Positions 1-12,100 of a DNA stretch of 64,000 nt are shown piece by piece; position 1 is the stretch's first letter, and each line of letters begins with the position of its first letter. Made by a program: the position numbers and the translations under genes. The stretch comes from Diadema antillarum (Eukaryota). Below the pieces are notes generated by a model, which saw only the letters and a list, made by a program, of their open reading frames with translations, was not told where the DNA came from and searched no databases. The stretch spans positions 930,001 through 994,000 of the forward strand of contig NW_027271737.1 of NCBI RefSeq assembly GCF_040938485.1, read 5' to 3'.

Positions 1-132
1 TCTAGCGTCCAAGTATGCGAGAGGGGTTGTTTCTGTCAGGAAGGCATGGTTCTGGCTGACGCCAATTCTACCGACTGTGTCACAAAGGAGAGCTGCGTGA
101 CGGACTGCGAGTACAATGGCAATGTTTACGAG
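1..132 (+). CDS. Exon (5' truncated): end of a TIL domain plus start of a VWC module
   Basis: Frame 1 gives SSVQVCERGCFCQEGMVLADANSTDCVTKESCVTDCEYNGNVYE (TIL CxxGCxCxxG..CV...C motif). Donor gag|gtatcc, phase 0. Confidence 0.88.
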
Positions 133-3100
133 GTATCCTTTGCTTTACTTTACCTCTGTTTGCTGCCAGTGTTGGAGACAATCTTGAAAGACCATCATAA
201 CTAACAAGATGGTTCTCTATTGATAATCAATTTCATTCATTAAAAAATATTCTTCACACATTTTTATTATTATTATTATTCTGGTTAATACAAATAGACA
301 AGGCTATAGATTCAAGGCAGTATGACACTGTCCGAGTCTTTTTCCATTTAATTGCAATACAACACTTTTTGATATGAAGGAGATCATCGTCTGGTACTTT
401 TGTAATATCCACAATTGTGTAGGTATAAAGGACAATGATTATGAATGTAACTCGGTTTTTTTTTTCTGTGCTTGTCCTACATACTTCTTACAGTGAGTAT
501 GGACATGTATTTTACAATATCTACAAAAGTAAATTGATCCCTGGCGAGATGTTTGCACATTCATGAACGTACAGCAGTAGCTGTTTTTGATATTTTTTTT
601 TATAATTATACATTATAATTTAGCTGAGTTGTGACTGCGTTAACTTATTTCAGGTCGATCGAAGCAGGGAGGTGATAGAATGTACGTTTAGCATCTTTGA
701 TCAATTCTCTTGAGTTTGTTGATGCAAAGTGACTATAGATCGTACTTCATGTATCTGTCACTAAGAAATGCAAAATGTCTGGATAAACGTGTCTCTATGA
801 CGAAAACTCCTTAAAGGCTCCTCAGGGAGGCTTGCAGCATTGAAATTGTTACGAAACCTTATTGCTGTTGACAATGTCACATAACCAATTTTCCAAAATA
901 TATACAGATGAAGATGATCAACAAGAAACCTAAACACATTATTTCCTCTCTTTATTGTCGCTTCTAGCTCGGTGAGACGTGGAAGGATTCTTGTTATGAC
1001 TGCATATGCGAGCCAGATAGAGAGGTGCAGTGCACACCCGTGTGTGACTTAACATGTGGCAGTGTAAGTACGACTACCTCTTTACTATACAAGGATTGGT
1101 TAGAAAGTATGTTCAAGAATGCAGTCAAACACACGCGCCGAAATGAGTTCCGTCCAAGCTTTTTATTTTCTTTCATTCTTTCTCTCTTTCTCTTTTGAGA
1201 AATATGCATGGGCGCATGAAAATGTGTGCAGAAGACCAGCATGATAGCACGCCGTCTTACCCTATTGCAGATTACCGATTGCTCGGTGTAGCAGCTTGAT
1301 AAATTGATAAAAAATCACTGGGACACCTTTAAACTGCCAATACAGAATTATGTTTGATGTGATCATGATGTGCAGTCATTACCATCTTTTTTTGCCACAT
1401 TTTCAGCGATCTTAAGTTCTTCCAACAGTAATAAAACAACAAACGAGTCTCGATTTTGTTCATGTTTTAGTGATTTTTCTCTTTATGAAGGCAGAAATAC
1501 ATGAGTCACATAACGCTTCAGCATGCGGGACATTTCAAAACTATTAAGCCTGTCTCACAGAAATTATTTCCAAGCCCTTTCCCTCCACCGAAAAAAAATT
1601 TGTATTATACCATATTTACTATGCAATTTCAGGTATTTGCCCAACCTAGCATTCTTACTCTGATCATTTTGTGATTTTTTTTTTTGCAACGGGGAGCTGA
1701 TCATCTCTATTTTCGAGGGGGGGGGGGGGTTATTTAGCCTAAGTTTTGAAGGTGTCACAAGTAACTTTCCCTCATTTACCACAGGGCGAAGAGCTGATAT
1801 ACCCCGACACCAACGAATGCTGTTATTGTGCTCCATGTAAGTATACGCGTATCTGCGCAAATTTATCTGGGGGTATGCATCTAAGCTTCTAATATTGAAA
1901 GGGGACAATGCAGTGTCATTGATACTTCTTATCATGTTTTTCCTATTCATCGTTCATACACATTTGTACAAACAATGTATTATGTACATGTGCATGTAAT
2001 GTTATTGATATTACGTGCCCGTGCAGAGCAGAAGGGTGGATACGATGGGTTAGATGATGTCTTGTTTGTTTGTTTTTTGTTTGTTTGCTTGCTACTTCAT
2101 CTCAAAAGGTATTGTGTATGCTATGACTAACAAAAACATCAAACAGGAGTTCTTTCCATTTTTGCATTCTAAGACACCGCCGTGATTGTTTAGGTAGGAT
2201 TAAGATATTCTTAATTAGTAATTTATTACTGAAAAGAGTTTAAAACCAACCAAAAAAAAAAATCGACCTAACTGGAATGAAGTACATTTTTCTTGTTGCG
2301 TATAAACGCGTTGTAAAACGAATGTCGCTGGTAGTCCTCATTTGATTCAACGCATCGAATTAGTTGATACGCTGGAACTGTTTGCCAATTTCGCACAATG
2401 TGCAATTTTTTTTTTTATTTGTGTCCTTTTACAGCTCCAACAACGGCTCTCCCAACGCCTCCTCCACCACCTCCTAGTAAGTGGAAAGTAAGTAAGGTAC
2501 CAACGTTTAATAAGAAGACTTCACGAAGGCATTATTTATAATCATTATGTCAATATGCCAGATGACAACGAATGAAGACTTCACTTTAAACACTAGTTTC
2601 GAAATCACCTATACTTTAACGTCATATTTTTACCAATAATTAGACGATACACATCACCAGGGGCCCGTTGCAAAAAAAAAAAAAAAGTTACAATTATGGT
2701 AACTTTGCCATCCAATAGTAACTTCCATGGAATTCTTGATTTTGATTGGTTGGTGAGTACTGTTGCCATGGTAGTTACCATTGGATGGCAAAGTTACCAT
2801 AATTGTAACTTTTATGCAACGGGCCCCAGGACTTGTCAGAATATGTAGTCCTATGCATTACGAAAGCATGTACAGATACTGTTCAACCTTTTTGCTTTCA
2901 GCGGATCACACATTTGGTTGACATGAAATCTGCATTAGCCATTAACGATCAAGCATTCGTTCATAGTCTTCACGGTACATTCTCCTCTTGCATCACAAAC
3001 TTTCTTTTATTTGGTCAGCAACTTCAACTGGACCTTTCGCATTTTTGTCCCCCCCCCCCCCCCCCCCCAGCGTGTGATATTACAGAGGAAGCCACCAGCT

Positions 3101-6100
3101 GCGAGACAACATCAGGATGCAGAACTCACGTCTGTCATTACATCAAGCAACAGAGCTTGTGTATTCCTAAAAGCCTCTCCGAGGATTCTCCGTGCTGCGA
3201 GTGCAAAAAGGGTGAAACCCTGCATAACGGCACCCGCTGCGTACCCATAATGGAATGTCCTTGCCTCGATGCCAGTGGCGAAAGACGTGAGGTAAGCACA
3301 GAATTATGAATGTTTGTAAACCGCGGAATACCTTTCCACGCGCACAGATACCAGCGAGCTTCGGATCTGCGACGCGCAAGATAAGCTAGAGACGACACTA
3401 TTAGGCTATAAAAGGTGTTCTGCACACGCGCAAGACAGCCGTTTTCATTGTTCAACCGTCGTCGAAGCGTTCGCGTCGGAGATTTTTAGCCTGCTTCTGT
3501 CGTAGTTGACCAGAGAGTGGATTATGACAAATAATCATTTAATTGTTTCTGTGTTTTATATTTCTACATGACGTCTGTACCAAACATATCTTTGACACTT
3601 GTAACTGAACATCTTGTTCCTATGAGATTTCAGCAAATGTGTTAAAATTAGCACAATATCATGTACAAATTTCTGGAGACATACTTCTATCAATCCTCAG
3701 AAAAATTTGAATGGTATCATAAAAAAGGAAAATATCATTACTATTTTTACTTTTATTTTGCTATTACAGCAATGATGATAATTGTGAATAGCGCTGAATT
3801 CATTGATACGTAGAACGGCAAAGTGATTTTTCCCAATGTCTTAACGCTTGTGTGGAACGTTCTTCGGAATTGTAGCTTCTTTATGAATTGGTATTATTTC
3901 ATTCACAGGCCCACGAGCGCTGGTCAAATCCACTCAAAGAGTGCGAAACATGTCGGTGCTCATCGAACAGCATCGTCTGTTATCCCACAGCAAACTGTAC
4001 GACGTCAACAACCACTCCGGGTATTGTTTTCTTCCCTCCCTTCCCCCCCCCCCCCTTTTTTTTTTTTCTCTTTTTCTTACCTATACTTATCACTTTGACA
4101 TCGTAAAACTAGATTATGCTGATGATAATCTTCATGATCTTTATTTTCCAATGAAAATTTGCCTCGGCGTAACTGGTAGCATTTTTTTTTGTCTTTAATT
4201 GCCTTTATATACACTGTACAATACTGTTTCAAAGGTACTGTTTACCATCGGGAGCAGTGGTTTTAAAAAAGATGCTCGAGATATCACAGTTGATGCATAT
4301 GTGTAGGTCAGTTGTATCACGAAACATCCAACCACATTGAAATTTTGCAATAAAGCCTAGAATATAAGGAGATATCACTTTTTCTATCAATAAACCATAA
4401 CTGTAGACGGTTTAGTCTACAGGCGTTTTTATTATAACTATCGTTCACATTTATCATATATAACAATACTTAACATTGATTATACTTACTCAAATATTTA
4501 CATTAGTTGTATCTATCCCTAGCTCAAATTTTAGAACTATTTTGAAGCAATAAGGCTGGGTTTTTGTTTCATCTGCATAATGATGGTTATGTTGTTTTTG
4601 TTTTCTTTCTCACAGTCATTACCACGGCCGCACCGACTACAACACCACTTCTGCCTCCAGGTATGTTTCATTTCTATCACAAAGTGATATCTGGAGAAGG
4701 TTAAAAAATCCATCGATTTTGTGATGGGGTACCCTGTCCCATAAAAGAAATACGTAAAAGAAATAAAGAAAAAAAGGTTCGCGCTCATTAAGACCAAAAT
4801 TGTGCCAAAAAAAAAAATGTGAATATCACATCGATATTTGTCTTTATCTGCCCCCACCCTCCTTTCCGAGACAACAAAGAGTACTTTGAGTACCGATACC
4901 ATATCCGTATACTGTACACTTACTTGTGTTATGTGAGTACAAACTCACTGGTATCGAAATTATCGGAGATTGCAATGTCGACCGATAGTGACAAGTGCTA
5001 GAATATGAACTCACGCGTATTATTTGATATCATTCGGGAAAAAACCCCACACACAATGCAGAAGACTGCTATTCGGTTCTTGGCCTGGAAAATCACGTGC
5101 ATGGTATCACCCTGAGTGCATCGACTAGTCAGACTCTGCGACCGGCGTCCATGGCTCGCCTCAACAACGCCTTCGCTGCCTGGGTGCCCACTTCAGACGA
5201 CACCAATGTCTGGTTGCAAGTCGATTTCTCCGTGCCCACTCGAGTGACCGGGATAGACACCCAGGGTTTCCACACCGAGTGGGTGAGCCGGTTCCACCTC
5301 GAATACTTCAGGGACGAGGATGGGGACGTCGGTACTGCCGTCCTGAACGCACACGGGAGGCCGATGGTACGTTGGTATTTTCTTCATTTTTTTTCTGAGA
5401 ATACTGCCAAGAAAAACCGTTCATAATCATGCGCAGCAACAGACTTAAGCCAGCTTTCCTCCATCCAATTACATGAAGCAATAAATGCAACAGCAAAGAA
5501 AAAGATTGTGTTGAAGATTAAAAAACAAAATAATGTCCTCAATATAATAATTCCCCCTTTCATTTGTTCTATGTGTGCGAAATGTAAGGATACAATAGGC
5601 ATACCAATGGAAATTTTTACTTTGTAGAATGATATTGCCTTTGTTCAGAAGGGGATATTCTTTGATTAAAGAAGAAACTATTAAACATAATTTAAACATA
5701 ATTAAACAAAAGTGTTAATATTCAAAATAGTTATTTATAGTTGTATATAAGCAGTAACTGCTTCTTCGTATGGGTGTAAGTACAAATCAGAGAAGAGACA
5801 GCTTTTAAATTTCTCTTTCATTTCAATTCCAATTACATTCTATTTCCAAAATCACATTTTTGTTGTTGATGCAAATTCAAGGAAAACAAAAACAATGTAT
5901 TACAACAATATGTAAACATTCCGGTATATAATATATACAAATGATGAATTCCATTCGGTCTCATGTTTTTTTTTTTTTCTGTAGAAATATTTTTGAGGTG
6001 TTCATGTTAATTTCAGAGGAATAACGATTTCAATAAATATGGACATTGGTGATACATAATGATAACGTCTCGAATTTCTGTCTTCAGCTCTTCAAGGCCA

Positions 6101-9100
6101 ACAGTGATGGGGACAGTATTGTCAGCAACGTCATTCCAGACATGCCTTACGTCGACGCCATAAGAATCTTGCCCGTCGTCGACGCGCAAACAAACTGGAT
6201 AGCCCTGAGGATAGAACTGCGTGGATGTCAAGGTGACTATTTATGTTAGGATTCTTTCTGTGTTTCTAACATGCTGCTCAGTAGGAGCTGCTCCAGTTCT
6301 TCGATCTGGGCCCCGTTGCAAGAAAGTTGCAATCAATTGCAAATAATTGCTAATTTTGAAACAACCATTCTGATTGGCTCAGGGTCTGCCCTATTAAGAA
6401 GACATGCATGCAACAATGATTTTGATTGGCCAGTGACAATCAGTTGCAAGTTGCGTTTAAACGCAAAGTTTCTAGCAACGGGGCCCTGGTCTTTATAACG
6501 GTATCTTACAATGAACGCGATTTGAATCAGTGAGTTGGATGGTATAGGTCCACACCGAAGAAAAAATGATCGTGACTGTTCTTTCTTGTAATTTGGCTAG
6601 GATTCTATTCATATTGTTCCAATGGCTCTTTTGCAAGTATACGCTAAATAGACTAGAGGTCGCAACCTAAGGTTAGGACTTTCAGACCCATTCTTTTTGT
6701 AAGTGGTGGAGTGAAAACGGGGTTCTTTGTATTCACTTTGCTTTCCACGGAATGTACGACCTCCTCAATGCAGTCCTGCCAAGAATGTCAAGAATCAGGA
6801 TTAAGATAATCACCGTCAAATGCAGGCCCAAGTGAAATTTTTTATATGAGTAGATGCAAACATTTGGATAATGAGGGCATATTTTCTTTCGCTGGAAATC
6901 ACATCTCACATCTCAATCACATCTCAATCCATTGTAAACTAAATATGAAAAAGAGGGGAAACATTTCATTCATTGTCTTGTTTACATCTGTGCAGAGGTT
7001 TCACATTACTAGCATTTATAAATATGTAACGTTTACCTTTGATAATGCAACTTTTTTCATACTTACTGTCATGACTGTAGCCCCTCTGTCAGACTGCAAT
7101 ACTTCTCTTTAAGGAACATCTCATTTCAATATTGCCATGGGAACTATTATCTGTTTGTTGTTTCTTGTGTTTGTGATGTAATGTATTTTGTTAGGCAGGT
7201 CACCACAAGCTCTGCTTTTGTATTCTTTTTTTGTTTTGTTTTTTTCATTTCACCTGCAGAAATCATCTCAGTGCCTACTACCACTGGTGAGACATTATTT
7301 GCATATTTTATGGCAGAACACACCCACAGATTAAGACACACAAAGTGTTTCCACACAAATTAGCGCGTGCAACGCTCGCACAAGAACACAAACTCACACA
7401 CAAACTCACACACAATGATTGCAAGAAAGCTGTATGGCGATATCTTCTGTTTTTCTGTTCTTCTAAGTGTGACCCATTTCGATATAGATCACTGAAGTAA
7501 CATTGAACGTCAATGATACAAGAATTAGTTAGGGAAATAGTTAATTACTTCATCTTTATCTTGTACCATGCCAGTTACATTTATCCACCTCTGAGAGATA
7601 GGAAAATAAAACTATCAGGAGGTGGAGAAATGAAGATATGTACAACGATTGTGATGGTCATATTTGAATGACCCCCTTTTGAGACCGATGTTTCCCCTAG
7701 TCATGAGCTGCAAAACAACAACAGCATACAAACAAACAACAAACAAACAAAACTCATATGTCTCGAATAGTTATACAACGCCAATTGGGCATTAACTAGT
7801 GAATCAATCTTGTCCTCCCATTGTGAAAAAGGACCTCCCTCCACTCCACAAGTTACCACCCGTCCTGCCACCACGCCTCCAGCAACAGAAGCAACAACTT
7901 TCCAAGGTAAAGACCCTACTCGTTGGCCGGCCCTTTAGTGTTAGAGCCAATCGACAAGATATTCTAACGTTGTACCGCCGAATAGTCACGAATTATCTTC
8001 CGAAGATTTTCCAGTGTTAGTAGATGTGCGCATTCCTTAATATTTGATATCGAATATGAGATGATAAGGAGTCAAAGATAAGGATTTTGAATACTTCGTG
8101 CAGTGGATAAGATTTGCTAGCAGTAGAAGTTCTTTGTGGTGTATAACTTCCTTTTTATCTCGGCACCGTGAAAGAGAAAATCTTGTAGTCCAGTGTGATA
8201 AGATGAGGATGTTTCCAGTCTCCCCGGATTTATTCTCGTTGGATAAAGCCATAGTGAAGCGCCATTAATATAAGAATGGGATATGAGATTCTCATAGTAT
8301 TTCCTTTCTAAAACTATACCAGTAAAGGTGAATAGAGATTATGCAGTTTTGTGCACGTTCATGCCGATTTGCGTTATCGCCTTTCCAGAAACTACCGAAC
8401 CTGCTAGGACAACCACAACTATTTCATCTACCACAACACGAGGTAAGAGAGCTTAGATATCATTGCGTTATAAAGTTTAAATTGTTTCTGATTCAATCCT
8501 TGCTAAACAAATTGCTCGAAAAACACACGATTCGATAACGCACACAGACACACACACAAACGAAAATAATATGGACTAATCAAAAAGGAAATGTCTTGCG
8601 AGATAATAGATTACTGATATGAAACAGTAAAGAGCGTACAATTCTACGAGACATTTAAAGTTTATCGCAATATGATGAAAATTGGTTTTGAATGTCTTAG
8701 ATATCCACAGAGGTCCTAATGAAAGGTGGATCCCACATTTTACTGGGACTTTGTTTTACTTCGTACTTGAATATTTTCTCCAAAAATTGATACATTTTGA
8801 ATTCCTCTTAGAAAAGCATATTTTTCATATGTCTTGAGAGGTTGGTCATTATCTCGCAAAACAAGTTGCAATCTGAATCTTCTATCTCAGAAATATACCT
8901 TCCCTTTAAAAGGCTATGTATCTGCCAAATCTCGCTCCATGACAGGTGTATGCGAGGAGCCAATGTTCGAGCTTGGTGTACTTGTGTCGACTAATGGCGA
9001 TCAAGAGAGCAATATCTTCCAAGTATCCGGCGTACCAGCAGCATACGATCCCGCGAATCCACCCGCTGTCAGCTCCCTGAACACCGCCTACTTTCAGTTC

Positions 9101-12100
9101 ACCAAACCCGTCACAGTGCGGCGAGTGCTTATTGGTCAGGCGGACGGGGGCGACGCGCCGGAGTCTCTCCTGATCCGATTGCTCAATCCCGCCACGAACT
9201 CTTTCTTCGTCGATGCCAATAACTCGCCCATCGCGGCAGAGCCCATAGCAGTGGTTGGAGGATCAATCGAACTTCCCGAAACTCTGTTTCCTGTCAGTTC
9301 GCTGACGTTGGCAGTCGTCCAGGCAAGCCGGACACCACTCAGCTTGACAGCCGACTTCCTTGGATGCGAAAAGGAAGGTTAGCTCTCTATCATGTTTATT
9401 AATGTGTGGCTCTCGGGATCTTGTTTTAAATCTCTCCATACGAGTACACTTGTCACGCCTCTGGTTCTGGTTTTAAACACCAAGTGACTTTATTGAAACG
9501 CAATTTCACTCTTCACTTATACAAGTGATGAAGTCGCAGAGCAGAATGAAGAGGACAACCTGCCTCCTCTATTGTTTCTATTTTAATAGTTGGGTTCTTG
9601 TTTTGGGGATCGGAATCACTGACTTCTTATAGATCTTAAAAGAGAGGGGGTGGCGTTGTTTATGGTCAAAATTGATGCTGATAGATAACCTTGACCATCT
9701 CCTTTAACTCTTTTTTTTTGCCACGTTCGCACGCCCGAATCAGTCGACGGCGTGCCAAGTATATTCTACTCAAACGCACAATCCTGCCCAAGCCGATTGA
9801 TAAATCGACAAAATCCACAGTACAATGAAAGAGTTTCTCGCGATTGTATTCCTGTTACATACACCTTGAATTTTTTAATGTGGTGACCGACCATCAAGCG
9901 GTGTTGTTCCCAACTTAATTCAGAGGTAAATTCTTAGTTTCAGTCAAGTTACATACTAGATTTCAAAGACATGTTTCCCCAAAACATGACTCTGACAATG
10001 CTGTCTCAGAAAGATAATGACGCACAGGGAGTTTTCACGATAGTTGTATATAAAAGAGTTAAACTTGATGATGTACGAGAAGTTATTGCGTTGATTTCTG
10101 TATTTCAGAGAGAGAGAGAGAGAGGTAGCAATTACAATTGAAAACACTCACTTTGGTGATTTCCTCTTTATTGTGTATAGTAACGACCGTCGAAACGACT
10201 ACTGTGACAAGGACATCTGCGACGACGTCCGAGACAGAACCAACGACGAGGACAGGGATCGTGGTCACAACGACCAAGACAACTACCGGTCCCGGCACTG
10301 TTACAAAAGTGACGACGTCATCGACCACAAGCATTGAAGGTGAGTATGCAAGAAGTTGCTCCTAGCGTACCGCGTGAAACGTACCAATTCTAGATTGACA
10401 TTGTAGTGCTTTGTGTACATGTTCAAGTCGCTGTGATTGATAATACCTTGTATCTGCCATTGAGCAATATCACTGCTTAATAACAATGAATTTCTCCGAG
10501 TGCATGTCGGACAAAATCGTGATGAAGTGTGTAAGTTAGACTGATGATTAATGTGATATCAGTTGTGGTCCTTGAGCAGAGAAAACAATACTCCGGAAAC
10601 CCAAAACAAATTGCAATGAACAAGGTAGCAGTTTCACATAGGAATGCACGAATAGAGGCTCATATATTTCAGAAATGCAGCACTGCAATTCCATTACAAT
10701 ACCGCTTGCTTTAACGAGGTCACCTGTGCACAATTTATGCATGCTTTCTTATTTTATTTTGTTCTGCTACCATGAGCCCCCTTTCAAGCATTCTTATTGT
10801 GAAGCTGCTATGTCATCATAATGATTTGTTATAACTTCGAAAGCTTTCCTATTTCGTACCAAATCACTATAAAATCTGAAACTCTGTACCAAGTATAACC
10901 AATTTATAGTTGTTCCAATGTTCAAGTCTGAGTTTCCCTTCAAGAATGGCTATGTGTGACTTATTTGCAGGGGAATGCAGAGACGACATGGATGATTTGA
11001 ATGTCGTGAGCTCGATCAATAACGTACCACGAGAGGAGGTGGATACCCTGACATTTAGTGGTATTCCTGAATCCTACGACAACACTCAGCCACTTGTGCC
11101 GTCCATCGCCAACTCCTTCACCGTCATATTCAACAGGCCGGTAATCGTCAACGTGCTGCCAGTCGCAGCTGACTCGGGAAGCGTGCCACAGTTCGACGTC
11201 ATCGTGCGGGAGGAAGACGGAACGCCATTCACTGACGTCAACGGAACGCCTCTGGCTTCGCAACAGATTCCGTTGGTGAACGGCGAGCTCAACCTGCCTG
11301 ACACGCTGCCACCTGTGACGGGGCTCCTCGTCATCGTCGTTGCGTCAGACCAGCCAACGTTTAACGTCAATGCCGGTTTCCTTGGCTGTATACCAGGTAA
11401 TATTATCGCCGTTCACACCCATTTTACGATAGCCCATCTCTGTAACATATGCATCCGACTGAGCCGTACGATACTGGAAATTGATTCGTTAGTGATTACT
11501 TTAACTTTACGCATGTTCATTTATTGTTTGTACTATTTCCTGCACCCATTCGTGAATACCATGAGAAAATCTAAGTTGATTTTGTGGGGGGGGGGGGGCG
11601 TGGTTTAAAGAACAGCAGAGAGAGTGTTTTTGTTTTTGTTTTTATCAGTTATCATTTTCTACAAGGATTAAGGTGCTTATTTGCACTGGCTTTAGATTTA
11701 CGATATATAATACGAATATACTGGCAATGTATCAAAGCAGATCGTACTAAAATATTATGTTCACTTCTGCTCATCAGTATAGTCCATGGGTCTGTTGCTT
11801 TAATTCGTCCACATAACAGAGCACACGACTCTTCCAACCGAACCTCGGCAGACAACCACCAGCCTTCCACCTACCACCCACATTCCTTCTTCGACGCCAA
11901 CGTTACCAATCGTCACCACGAAAATACCAGAAATTTCAACCGTGCGCACAACAGAATTGCCAACGTCAAGAGTTGCCACTACTCTCCCCACAACAGTGCC
12001 TGTACAAGAGACAACTGCTTTTGCCAGAACGACAACAGCGGCTCAACCTACAACAGTCTCGGCAACCACAACCGTACCACTTTCCACAACTTTGCCGAAA

